From: Candidatus Sumerlaeaceae bacterium
GTDB taxonomy: Bacteria > Sumerlaeota > Sumerlaeia > Sumerlaeales > Sumerlaeaceae
Direction: 5' to 3'
DNA length: 64,000 bases
Assembly (NCBI GenBank): GCA_049968255.1
Contig: JBMFRB010000005.1
Location: 101,822 to 165,821 of the forward strand
In this document: in pieces, positions 9,942-19,849 of the stretch
Numbering within the stretch: position 1 is the stretch's first letter
Layout of the letters: every line of letters begins with the position of its first letter
Made by a program: the position numbers and the translations under genes
Notes under the pieces: model-generated
What the model saw: only the letters and a program-made list of their open reading frames with translations
Told to the model about the DNA's origin: nothing
The model's database searches: none

Positions 9942-10757
9942 TTAGCTCACCCCGTCGCGGTCAAGAATGGCCGTCCACCGGCCATGGCGATACATCACGC
10001 GAATGGGAAGGTCGAAAAGCTCGCTGAGCCGCCGTGAGCAAAGCGTCGTGCGGATAGGGCCAGCAGCGAGCACACGTCCTGCACGCAAGAGCAGGGCATG
10101 GGTAAATATTTCTGTTATTTCCTCGACGTGATGTGTGGTTAGCACAAGGGTGGGGGCACTCGGCCTCTGCGAAACAAGCTCGAGTGTGTGCAAAACGAAT
10201 TCGCGACCAGCCAAATCGAGGCCTGCGCAAGGCTCGTCGAGAATCACAATCTCGGGTTTCCGCATGAGTGCCCGAGCAATGAGCAGGCGCTGGCGCTCGC
10301 CGGTGCTCATTGCTCCAAAGGGCTTTTCGAGCAAGTCTTGTGTGTGCGTTTCGACTGCGGTTTGCACGACGTGGCGAAGTTCCGCTGATGTGGGGGGGTC
10401 GAAAAGGTTGAGATGTGCGCGCGCCCCCGTGATAAGAACTTCGGCCCCGACGAGGTCAGGCCGAATCATTCGCATCAGAGGTTCGCTGACAAAAGCAATG
10501 CGGCGGCGCAACTGCGTGAGGTCCACTGCGCCGAAGCGATGACGCAGGACACAAACCTCGCCCTCGGTCGGCCACAGATACCCGCACAGAATGTTCAATA
10601 AGGTCGTCTTGCCTGCACCGTTGGGACCGTAGAGAACCCAATGCTCGCCGCTGCGCACTGTCCACGAAACGCCATCGAGAATCCGGCGATTCTCACGTTC
10701 AAGCGTGATATTGTTCAGCGCGATAACTTCGTCATAGTCTGTCGTTTTTTGCTCCAC
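9942..10757 (-). CDS. ABC transporter ATP-binding protein (ModF/YlmA-like)
   Basis: GPNGAGKT, MSTGERQR, ILDEPCAGLD, THHVEEI. Confidence 0.92.
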   Translation of the reverse strand: MEQKTTDYDEVIALNNITLERENRRILDGVSWTVRSGEHWVLYGPNGAGKTTLLNILCGYLWPTEGEVCVLRHRFGAVDLTQLRRRIAFVSEPLMRMIRPDLVGAEVLITGARAHLNLFDPPTSAELRHVVQTAVETHTQDLLEKPFGAMSTGERQRLLIARALMRKPEIVILDEPCAGLDLAGREFVLHTLELVSQRPSAPTLVLTTHHVEEITEIFTHALLLRAGRVLAAGPIRTTLCSRRLSELFDLPIRVMYRHGRWTAILDRDGVS

Positions 10758-10770
10758 TGATGACGTCCTT

Positions 10771-11862
10771 ATGAATGATGCTCGGGGGGCAATGCAATGT
10801 CACAGCCAAACATGTTGGGTATCATCCAGAACTGCTATCGCAACAAAAGGGCTTCTTATTCTCGCACTGATGTTTTGTTATCAATTTTCGAGCACTTTTG
10901 CCGCAGCGGAGACTACACGTAGCAGCGAATTGCTCTTCGAGCGGCGAGCATTCCCCCAGCTCAATCTCGAAGTGGATTACACGCCGGCAGATGCTCGGTG
11001 GGTCGACGACGTTGTGGCGCGCACCGATAGTGCGCGGCGTATCCTGAATAAGTTGATGCCTGATGCTTTGCTCGCGAACGTACGCGTGGTGATCGCTCCG
11101 ACGAAAGAAACATTTTTGGCTCTTGTGGGTGGATGGGCAGAGCACTCCGCTGCTGTGGCTTTGCGCACTCGCCCGATTCCAACGATCGTGATCAACGCCG
11201 ATGCGTTGCGAACTGTGCCCCCCGTGGAATTCTCGCGCACGCTGTTGCACGAGCTTGTGCACTGCTATCTTGGTCTGCGCCTCAAAACTTCTCTGCCGCG
11301 TTGGTTCGAAGAAGGGGTGGCTGTGATCGCAGCCGATGAAGTGAACTTCGATGACGCTGCTGAGGTCGCGATTGCTGCCTTATTGCACAGGACTATTCCC
11401 CTCCGCGAGCTTGCTTGGCATTTTCCCTCCCAAGCGGAGCGGCAGCGGCTGGCATATCGTCAATCGGCTTCTGTCGTGCGGTTTCTCATGAACGAACAAG
11501 GGGGCACACTCTCGTCGCTCCTTGAGCCCTTTCTTGGTCCCGATGGTGAGCGACGCATTGCAGAACTGTGGAACCCACTCTACCTCGAACCACTGGAGCT
11601 GCGCTGGAAGCACTCTGTCATTTCGTGGCAGAGCTGGGTTATTGCGCTATCGCGCTCTGGCTCCTTCTGGGTGCTTGTTGCGCTCTTGACAGTGCTTGCG
11701 TGGTATCTCCGAAAGCAGCGCAGTATAGCTCAGCGCCGCCAATGGGAGGAAGAAGAGCGCATCTATGGTGTGTTCGATGAAGATGAACGACAAAAGCCAG
11801 CCCTTGAAGAGCGCGAAAAAGAGCAAGAAGATGGGGCACGGCCCCCGTGGTACGGGGGTTGA
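10771..11862 (+). CDS. Peptidase MA-like (gluzincin) protein with C-terminal TM anchor
   Basis: HELVH (HExxH) followed by PRWFEEG; signal peptide; C-terminal TM and acidic tail. Confidence 0.82.
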   Translation: MNDARGAMQCHSQTCWVSSRTAIATKGLLILALMFCYQFSSTFAAAETTRSSELLFERRAFPQLNLEVDYTPADARWVDDVVARTDSARRILNKLMPDALLANVRVVIAPTKETFLALVGGWAEHSAAVALRTRPIPTIVINADALRTVPPVEFSRTLLHELVHCYLGLRLKTSLPRWFEEGVAVIAADEVNFDDAAEVAIAALLHRTIPLRELAWHFPSQAERQRLAYRQSASVVRFLMNEQGGTLSSLLEPFLGPDGERRIAELWNPLYLEPLELRWKHSVISWQSWVIALSRSGSFWVLVALLTVLAWYLRKQRSIAQRRQWEEEERIYGVFDEDERQKPALEEREKEQEDGARPPWYGG

Positions 11863-11865
11863 AAT

Positions 11866-12249
<384 letters not shown>

Positions 12250-13620
12250 TTAGGCCGCATAGGCACTCTCGCCGTGCTGCGTGAGGTCGAGACCCATACG
12301 CTCGTCGTCTTCACTCACACGCAGGCCGATTGTCTTGTCCACGAGCTTGAGGATCAAGAACGATACGAGCGCCGTGTAAGCAAGCGTGGCAACCACCGCA
12401 ACCGCTTGCACCGCGAGCAGGCGCAGCCCACCATGGATGAGGCCCTGATTCGCACCGATCGATGGGTTGATCCAGTTGCTCGCGAAGACGCCCGTGAGCA
12501 GCGCCCCCAGGGTGCCACCGACTCCGTGAACGCCGAAGGCATCGAGGGCATCATCAATACCTCGGCGGGCACGCCAGGTCACAGCCCACGCACATACAAC
12601 ACCTGCTATGCCGCCAATGACCAAAGCTGCGATTGGGCCCACATAACCCGAAGCGGGAGTAATCGCAACCAAACCAGCAACGGCGCCTGAGGCAATGCCA
12701 AGCGCCGTCGGCTTCTCTTTCTCGAACCAATCGTAAAGCAGCCAGGCGACTGCGCCGCCACATGCTCCGCAGTGCGTGGCAACGAACGCAGCGACAGCCA
12801 CCGAGCCACTGCTCAACGCACTCCCTGCATTGAAACCAAACCATCCGAACCAGAGCAAGCCGGCACCCAAAAGCGTGAAAGGCAAGGAGTGCGGCAAGAA
12901 AGGAGTGCGCGGGAATCCGCGGCGAGGCCCAATCATGAGGGCCGCCAGGAGCGCAGTGATGCCGCTGGTCATGTGGACAACAGTGCCCCCCGCGAAATCA
13001 AGGGAGCCGATTTGCTTGAGCCAGCCTTTTTCACTCCACACCCAATGGGCGACTGGATCATAGACAAGGGTAGTCCAAAGGACCACGAAAACAAGATAAG
13101 CTTTAAACTTCATTCGCTCGGCGAAGGCACCAGCTATGAGCGCGGGTGTGATAATTGCAAACATGCACTGATAAATCATAAACACGCGGTGCGGAACGGT
13201 CGCGCTGTAGACGGCGTATGGAGTGAGTCCAACGGCACGACCGCCGAACCAATTGAGTGAACCAAGAAATCCAAAGTCTCCGACGCGGAGCGATGAGGGG
13301 CCAAAGGCGAGGGAGTAACCAAAAAGGTACCACTGCACAGTGACGACGCCGAGCGCCACAAAGCAATGCATGGCAACAGACAGCACATTCTTGGCTCTGA
13401 CCAAACCGCCATAAAAAAAGGCCAATGCTGGAGTCATGAGCATGACCAGCGCGGCGCTCATGATGAGAAAGGCAGTGTCGGCCTTATCAATACTGCTTTC
13501 GGATCCGTGCGCGGAAGGAACGGCGACACGGCCCGCAAGGATCAAAACAAGGAAGCCCAGGGCGGAAAACTTCAGAATGCTCGCGGGAAAACCATATCGT
13601 GTCCTCGTAAGATTGCGCAT
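12250..13620 (-). CDS. amtB: Ammonium transporter
   Basis: LMTPALAFFYGG, DFAGGTVVH, LWFGWFGFNAGS, DAFGVHGVGG, GLDLTQHGE; ATG 13620 chosen to fit upstream sigma54 site. Confidence 0.97.
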   Translation of the reverse strand: MRNLTRTRYGFPASILKFSALGFLVLILAGRVAVPSAHGSESSIDKADTAFLIMSAALVMLMTPALAFFYGGLVRAKNVLSVAMHCFVALGVVTVQWYLFGYSLAFGPSSLRVGDFGFLGSLNWFGGRAVGLTPYAVYSATVPHRVFMIYQCMFAIITPALIAGAFAERMKFKAYLVFVVLWTTLVYDPVAHWVWSEKGWLKQIGSLDFAGGTVVHMTSGITALLAALMIGPRRGFPRTPFLPHSLPFTLLGAGLLWFGWFGFNAGSALSSGSVAVAAFVATHCGACGGAVAWLLYDWFEKEKPTALGIASGAVAGLVAITPASGYVGPIAALVIGGIAGVVCAWAVTWRARRGIDDALDAFGVHGVGGTLGALLTGVFASNWINPSIGANQGLIHGGLRLLAVQAVAVVATLAYTALVSFLILKLVDKTIGLRVSEDDERMGLDLTQHGESAYAA

Positions 13621-13674
13621 AGCTTCTCTATTCCAGTCGTGTTGAGTCGTTTCCACGTATGGAACGAACGTTCC

Positions 13675-13690
13675 AGCAAGTACTGGGCCA
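13675..13690 (-). promoter_or_regulatory. Sigma54 (-24/-12) promoter of amtB-glnK
   Basis: Minus strand TGGCCCAGTACTTGCT = GG-N10-GC, one mismatch to TGGCACN5TTGCW. Confidence 0.75.
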
Positions 13691-13750
13691 ACGCGCTGGA
13701 GCTGAATTTATGCACGATGCCGAGCGAATCCCCGCGGGTTATGCTTCGAT

Positions 13751-13770
13751 TGCACCAGACGGGTGGTGCT
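13751..13770. promoter_or_regulatory. Candidate NtrC-type enhancer site
   Basis: TGCACCAGACGGGTGGTGCT resembles TGCACCA-N3-TGGTGCA (perfect left arm), ~60-80 nt upstream of the -24 box. Confidence 0.45.
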
Positions 13771-13854
13771 TTGTTAGCGCTTGGGTGCTGCAACGGCAGC
13801 AGCTCCGTGGGGGCAGGCACGGGTTGTCCACCCCGGTTGCGAAGGTAACATCTC

Positions 13855-16800
13855 TTATTCCGTGACGAGCGGATAAGCACGGATTTCGATGCGGTCTATG
13901 GTGAAGTTCCCTTCTTCGAGCAGACCGTTGGGCGGAGGACTCAGTGTATCCAAGAGATCGAAGCCAACGCGCAAATCTCGCCGTGACGGCGAATTGAGGC
14001 CGGGCCCCGGCTCGGCGGTGATATTCGGCATTCTTGCTGACAAATCGCCTGAGATGTCTGGGCGAATGTCGAGACTCATCGGCGTGTGGAAAATCATCGT
14101 GTACCAACCGCCGGTGGTCTCACTTCCCAGTTTGTCGGGATTGCTCGAACCGATACCGGGCAAAGCTTGCGCGGCAATCGTGTTGTTGATTGTCCCAGCG
14201 GAAAGCGCTCCACCGATCTCGAGTTTCTGCGACCACGAGAAGCGAATCGAGCGCGCCCGGAACCGGAGCTGTGGATTGCGGTTCGAGCTCGAGGTGGAGC
14301 TTGCGTGGAAACGGATCTTATATTGCTTGCCAGGCTCGACACGCAGACGGGCGGCATAATTGGCATCCGTCCCGAAATCGATAGCGGCAACTCCCAAACG
14401 CGTTCCGCCGAGCTGATTATTGAATCCCTCCGAGCTCACAGTGACGCCGAAGGGGCCCTCTGCGTAGGCTGGCGCGTAATTGTTGTCGCGCACGCCGTAA
14501 TCGCCCTCTGTCCCTGACGTGAAGACCATGCTGAAAAGATCCTTCACAGCACCCGGCCGCGAGGATGCAAGCTCGCCCGCATCGCTGCTGGTGGGCGCGA
14601 ACGTCTTCACCGGTGCGACAGAATTCGGAATCGTGCTCGCCGGATAGGTGCCGAGCACGAGTTCTGTGAGGGCGATATAGCCGCTGTCCTGAGGGAATGT
14701 GGCATAGGCCTCGAAGCCGGCAGCGATGCCTTCGGTGCCGCCGTTTGCCAAAAGGTAAGGAACGTCCACGGGATCGAAATCCACGCGATAGAGCGAAGGT
14801 TTTGTGGGATCGGTGGAAGGCCGCAGCTCCTGCTCAAGCAACTCATCCGAAGCAGACATATTTGTGTGATTGAACACTTCGAGCATCGCGTTCTGTGCGT
14901 AGCGCACGGCCAAGCGGAGCCGCAGATTAGGAATGGCATTGAAACTTGAGCCCGAGCCGTAGACGTAGAACTTTCCGCGCACGTATTTGTCCGTGCCGAC
15001 GGCGCTATAGGGTAGCCATTTTGTGCTGTCGGTCATCCAGCCGGCCACTCGATAGCGCGAAGGATCGGAGACGACGCTGGCGCGCAGGGCCGTGTGCGCC
15101 TGAACGTAATCCACCGATGTGGCATTGTTTGGTGTGCGCACGAACGTGTTCCAGCCAGCAGCCGTGGTCAAGGCATCCTGATAGGCCGGCGTAAATGGCG
15201 GTGGGAAGAAGAAATCCAGCGTCCGTTTCATGACGGAATCGCGCGCGTCCTCGTCCACGATAGTCTCGAAGGGGAAGGCGAGGTACACCAGCTTATACGA
15301 CCCCGCATATTGAACGCCCGCGACCGCGCCAGTTGTGCTGGCCGCCATCGTGTAGCGCGCATCGTCGAAATAGAGGTGCCCCTCGTTCGCACTGCCGGTC
15401 TTCGAGACCTGAATTGAATCGAAGCGAACGTTGGGACCATCGATGACATTGTTCGATGCATTAGCCCAGACCGTCGCGGGATCGCTCTGCAAGTTCCAGC
15501 GGATCTCGCGCCAACCGGTGAAATTGATCATGAGCCAGTTGTTTACGTAGATCTCGTTGTCTGAATCGCGCAGCGCAATTCGCACGCTATGCCCCGAGCC
15601 GTCGCCGTAGATCCAGATCGAGAAGGTGCTGGTAGCGGGTAGCTCTGGCAATGCGCTGTTGTAAAGGCGGATAAAATTGCCAGTGCCCCAGACGTAGTAA
15701 AGGTCACCCGATCCCGCTGCGCGCAGGACAGGTGTTGTAGCAATGCTGAAAGCTGACGCAGCGTCTGCGTTCGTTTGGGAGCTGTAGTTCGGATCCTTCC
15801 AACCTCCGATGGTTTCGAAATCATCGAGCTGAGAACTACCGCCACCATAATAAAGGGCCGCTAGAGAGCCACCGCTGGTGGTGATGACGTCAGGGTAGCG
15901 TACAGCGTATCGGGGGCCCGTCCCATCATCGAAAGCAAAGCTTCCCAAGCCGGCAAAAATGTTGCCGGTCGCCGGCAAGACGGTATTCACGCCGGAGCTA
16001 TCGGCCACATAGTTGGCGCGTAACACCGTGTCCACAAACGTGGTTGAACCGCCCCGATCAAGATCCCACGCAATCTCTGCGCCGCTTATGAAAAGTTTAC
16101 CGCCAGCATTAAGATAATTTGTTATCTTTGTTTGCTGCACGGGGGTGATCGAGATGTCGGTGGTCGGGTCGGTCGTGCTGACTTCCGCCTGGATACCACC
16201 AATCCAGATAACGGCAGCATAATTCGCCAGATCCACGTAGTTGAGTTCGATCGCCTCGTCCTCGCACGAATCGAACGCAATGCTGCGTCCCCAAGCAGCT
16301 ACAGCGTTAGCATGCTCGGTGATGTAATCGAAGGTGTTCATCTTTGCAAGCCGCTGGCGGTAGAGCGTGCTGCCGCTCCAGGGCACAGCCTGACGTGTCG
16401 CGATGTCGAGTTTGTCAAAGCCATTCACAATAAGGACCTTCGGCGCTTGGGGATCGGACGATGTGCGCACTGCCATGACTTCTGTGGGAAAGCTTTCCCC
16501 ACCTTGGTTCGTGGCGGTGACGTAGAAGAAGTAGTTGGTGTCGGGTGTCAATCCGCTCAGAACGTAAGTGGTTGTTGCACCGCCACTAATTTCGATAGGG
16601 GCAGGAAATGCACGGCCATGACTGCTGACGTAGAGCCGATAACCGGTTGCGGCGTCGCCGCGCACACCTTGCGAATCGGTCAACGGCTGATCCCACTGCA
16701 GGCGCACCGACGTGGGGCCCGTCTGCACAACCCGGAAGTTGCGGGGCGGCTCCGGCAGCAAGTAAACGGGTGTACCGTTGCGATTGGCCCAGAACTTCAC

Positions 16801-18738
16801 AATGCCTTGATAAATCGCCCGACCCATGACTTGCCGGAACTTCGGATCATGGTAAAGCGCCATGTCCGTTGCGTTGTCGTGAAATAGCCATTCGCCGAGG
16901 AAAATGGGCATGAGGTCGCCTACGTTCGAGGGGCTGTTTTCGCTATAAGTACCGTAACGCTTGCCTATGCCATGATTGATGAATTGGCTACTGTAACCTT
17001 TCTGACAGTCATTGAGCACCTCATCGTGGACGAAGTTGCGGAAGGTATCGTGCCACGTGCCCTCGTAGCCGGTGTAGACGTAAGTGTCCATACCGCGCGC
17101 TGTTCCGTCGAAGGCGTTCGTGTGTGAACTAATAAAGACGCTGTCCTGCGCGGGTGCGCCATAGGCCACGGCGGCATCGCGAAGCCACCGGCCAAAACGC
17201 GGCCGTGCTGGCCAGCCATCTTGCTCGTCGTTTCCTGAACCGTCGTAAAGCGAACTTGGAGCACCGCTATATTGGATGTGATAGCGTGCTTCTTCCTCAA
17301 AGCGCGGCTTGCCGCTTGTCCCCGCGTTGCCGCGGGTGATGAGCCCCATGCCGCCGCCAAATCGCACAGCGTCGGCGCTGACGTAATGTGTAGTTGAGCT
17401 CGAATCGTTTAGCAGCTCGACGCTGGCCCGTGTCTGATTTACTCCGCTTTCAAAGTAGAAGGTGCCAAGGTAAATCCACGTGAAACGGCGCATCCGTTGG
17501 TCAACGTAAGCGTCGGTGGAGCCGCCGGCGTGATAAATTCGATAGTGAGCCTGCGGTGAGCGATTTGTGTAGGCCCCATGCGTGACGTAGACATTATACC
17601 AGCCGTCAGCAGGAATTTGGGGAACCCACCGCGCCGTTGCGGTCGGGGTGCCCGTGACACATTGCACCAGCCGATTCGTGCCAGAGGTGAACGGGTCTAC
17701 CCCTGAGGGATAAGGGGCAAAACCATTCTTGTAGCCGGCAAGGGAACTATTGAACCAGCCACTCCCTGTTTCGTAGTACCCTTTTGTGCCATCCCAGCCA
17801 TCGTCGTTGTCCACCACAACCATGTTGGGATTGAAGTCGGATTCGCGCACACTGAAGACATCCGCCCCAGCGTTATAGCAGTAGGCCCACACCCACTGAT
17901 TCACAAGCTCAACGTTAGAGAAATCCTCGATATTTTCTTGGCTGAAGCCGCGCTGAAGTCCCCAGTAATCCGATGTGTCACGCCACGTCCAGCCGTGGCC
18001 AGGATTGAGATAGACCGCCTTGCCAGTCAATGCGCCGGTGGGTCGAAGGCCAGCCGGCCGGGGATATTGATTGAGGCGAGGTTCGCTCTCTGGAGCAGGC
18101 GGGCTGGACGGGCTGGTTGCCTGATCGCCAACAGCAGGTGCTTTTGCAGTATCCGGCGTCGTATCAACGGGTGGGGGCGACTCATGGGGGAGCAGCGTGT
18201 CGAGCGGCACAAATTCCGTCGATTTCTGGGCTCGTGCATAGATCGCAAAAGACCGGACGGGCAATTGCTGAAGATTGCGGATGACCGCCTCTGAGATGCG
18301 ATCGAAACGCGCTTGCACTGCGGCAGGTGAACTCACAAAATCGTCGGGGAAAGTGAAATAGACCGCGATCTCGTCGCCACGCACAACGACATCGCTTAGC
18401 GACGTCGCTAAGGGAAATGCCACCGTTGCAGCATCGTCGCGCTGCAGAGTCTTATAGCCTTCGAGAACGGCCTGAAGGATGGCACGTGCCCTTGTGGCAA
18501 GATCTTGAGTATCCGCCTGCAAGAGTTCGGGCCGCTTGATCGTCACATACCCATCGGACGTGGGCAAAAGCACAACGGGTACGCTCGACTTGGCCCGTTG
18601 GCTGGGCCATGGCCGACCTTCGGCATCTAAACCCAGGTCGCTGAGCTTATCATGCGATGCTGGTTCGGCTCCAAGCGGGAAAAAGCTTACGGTCGAGAAA
18701 ACGACCACGAGCAATGCCGTAGCGCGAAACAAAATCAT
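13855..18738 (-). CDS. Large secreted N-acetylmuramoyl-L-alanine amidase (Amidase_3, Xly-like architecture) with Golvesin-like insert, FN3 and unknown C-terminal domain
   Basis: Signal peptide; Zn motifs VYLNPGHG, ENIED, SHTNA, EWLFHDN; inserted ...ADAVRFGGG domain; FN3 (PPRNFRV...GLTPDTNYFFYVTATNQGGES); VLIVNGFD domain. Confidence 0.82.
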   Translation of the reverse strand: MILFRATALLVVVFSTVSFFPLGAEPASHDKLSDLGLDAEGRPWPSQRAKSSVPVVLLPTSDGYVTIKRPELLQADTQDLATRARAILQAVLEGYKTLQRDDAATVAFPLATSLSDVVVRGDEIAVYFTFPDDFVSSPAAVQARFDRISEAVIRNLQQLPVRSFAIYARAQKSTEFVPLDTLLPHESPPPVDTTPDTAKAPAVGDQATSPSSPPAPESEPRLNQYPRPAGLRPTGALTGKAVYLNPGHGWTWRDTSDYWGLQRGFSQENIEDFSNVELVNQWVWAYCYNAGADVFSVRESDFNPNMVVVDNDDGWDGTKGYYETGSGWFNSSLAGYKNGFAPYPSGVDPFTSGTNRLVQCVTGTPTATARWVPQIPADGWYNVYVTHGAYTNRSPQAHYRIYHAGGSTDAYVDQRMRRFTWIYLGTFYFESGVNQTRASVELLNDSSSTTHYVSADAVRFGGGMGLITRGNAGTSGKPRFEEEARYHIQYSGAPSSLYDGSGNDEQDGWPARPRFGRWLRDAAVAYGAPAQDSVFISSHTNAFDGTARGMDTYVYTGYEGTWHDTFRNFVHDEVLNDCQKGYSSQFINHGIGKRYGTYSENSPSNVGDLMPIFLGEWLFHDNATDMALYHDPKFRQVMGRAIYQGIVKFWANRNGTPVYLLPEPPRNFRVVQTGPTSVRLQWDQPLTDSQGVRGDAATGYRLYVSSHGRAFPAPIEISGGATTTYVLSGLTPDTNYFFYVTATNQGGESFPTEVMAVRTSSDPQAPKVLIVNGFDKLDIATRQAVPWSGSTLYRQRLAKMNTFDYITEHANAVAAWGRSIAFDSCEDEAIELNYVDLANYAAVIWIGGIQAEVSTTDPTTDISITPVQQTKITNYLNAGGKLFISGAEIAWDLDRGGSTTFVDTVLRANYVADSSGVNTVLPATGNIFAGLGSFAFDDGTGPRYAVRYPDVITTSGGSLAALYYGGGSSQLDDFETIGGWKDPNYSSQTNADAASAFSIATTPVLRAAGSGDLYYVWGTGNFIRLYNSALPELPATSTFSIWIYGDGSGHSVRIALRDSDNEIYVNNWLMINFTGWREIRWNLQSDPATVWANASNNVIDGPNVRFDSIQVSKTGSANEGHLYFDDARYTMAASTTGAVAGVQYAGSYKLVYLAFPFETIVDEDARDSVMKRTLDFFFPPPFTPAYQDALTTAAGWNTFVRTPNNATSVDYVQAHTALRASVVSDPSRYRVAGWMTDSTKWLPYSAVGTDKYVRGKFYVYGSGSSFNAIPNLRLRLAVRYAQNAMLEVFNHTNMSASDELLEQELRPSTDPTKPSLYRVDFDPVDVPYLLANGGTEGIAAGFEAYATFPQDSGYIALTELVLGTYPASTIPNSVAPVKTFAPTSSDAGELASSRPGAVKDLFSMVFTSGTEGDYGVRDNNYAPAYAEGPFGVTVSSEGFNNQLGGTRLGVAAIDFGTDANYAARLRVEPGKQYKIRFHASSTSSSNRNPQLRFRARSIRFSWSQKLEIGGALSAGTINNTIAAQALPGIGSSNPDKLGSETTGGWYTMIFHTPMSLDIRPDISGDLSARMPNITAEPGPGLNSPSRRDLRVGFDLLDTLSPPPNGLLEEGNFTIDRIEIRAYPLVTE

Positions 18739-18871
18739 CCTTACCCTCTCCTTTGCAGCACGCCGTTGGCTGCAACGCGTGCCGACCTAATCATAAAACA
18801 AACTCCGCAGCCCAAACGGAAGATTCAACGACAATACGGACGCTTTTGGAGCGATCTCATGCATGATTTCG

Positions 18872-19789
18872 TCAAAAGCACACCAGTTTCTGGATTGCAT
18901 CACGCAACGATCGCGCTGCTTCTGCGATCATTTTCGTCACATCGCCGCCGCTTGCTGCTGGAAACATGATCGAACGCGACGCATTGATGAGAAATCGCGG
19001 ATTTTCACGAGCTCCGATCGCATCAAGGATGTCCTCAAGGCTGCCCCCCTGCGCGCCGACACCTGGCACAAGAAAAGGCAACGTTGGGGCAACTTCGCGC
19101 ACACGGGCAGCATATTCAGGGCGGGTGGCTCCCACGACTAATCCGACATTGTCGTATTCATTCCACGCGACCGCTTTTTCCGCTATTTTAAGATAAAGAT
19201 CGTTTTTTAGCAAGAAATCTTCCGCGCCGGGGTTCGAGGTCAAGCACAGGAGGAAGACTCCACGCTCAGGCCACTGCAAAAAGGGCTCGATGGCATCCTT
19301 GCCCATGAGAGGATTCACTGTCGCCGCGTCGAAATGCGCCTGCTCAAAAATTGCGCGAGCATATTGGCGGGAAGTATTTCCAATGTCTCCGCGCTTGCCG
19401 TCGAAAATGACAAGCTGCTCCCCACCCAATTCGCGTACGAGTTCCGGTATGCCGACGCCTCCACCCATCTCCAGCTCGAAAAAAGCCGCGTTTGGTTTGA
19501 AGGCTGCAGCATAGGGAGCGGTTGCGCGCACTACAAGTTCACAAGCTAACTGTTTGGCGACTTCGGGTTCTTCGACGAGCTGTTCTGGGGGAACGCGCAC
19601 CGGTTTCGACGCAGCAATCCCCTCGCCACTCGTGAGAAAATTTAAAGTCAGAGGCTGCGCTTCGAGTATGGCCAAAAGTTCCTTGCGCATCGACCGAAGC
19701 ACGCTCTCGTGCTCAGGGTCCAGCCCAACGCACAGATGAGATCGTTGGCGCTGACACGCTTGAACAAGGCGCTGGTTGAAACTCACCAT
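18872..19789 (-). CDS. pyrF: Orotidine-5'-phosphate decarboxylase
   Basis: LCVGLDP, FKPNAAFFE, DGKRGDIGNT, TSNPGA, PGVGAQGG, INASRSI. Confidence 0.95.
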   Translation of the reverse strand: MVSFNQRLVQACQRQRSHLCVGLDPEHESVLRSMRKELLAILEAQPLTLNFLTSGEGIAASKPVRVPPEQLVEEPEVAKQLACELVVRATAPYAAAFKPNAAFFELEMGGGVGIPELVRELGGEQLVIFDGKRGDIGNTSRQYARAIFEQAHFDAATVNPLMGKDAIEPFLQWPERGVFLLCLTSNPGAEDFLLKNDLYLKIAEKAVAWNEYDNVGLVVGATRPEYAARVREVAPTLPFLVPGVGAQGGSLEDILDAIGARENPRFLINASRSIMFPAASGGDVTKMIAEAARSLRDAIQKLVCF

Positions 19790-19849
19790 CGTTTTTCCCT
19801 TCCCAGACTTCAGTGGCTATGTCGAAGACGCCAGTAACTGTACATGTGC

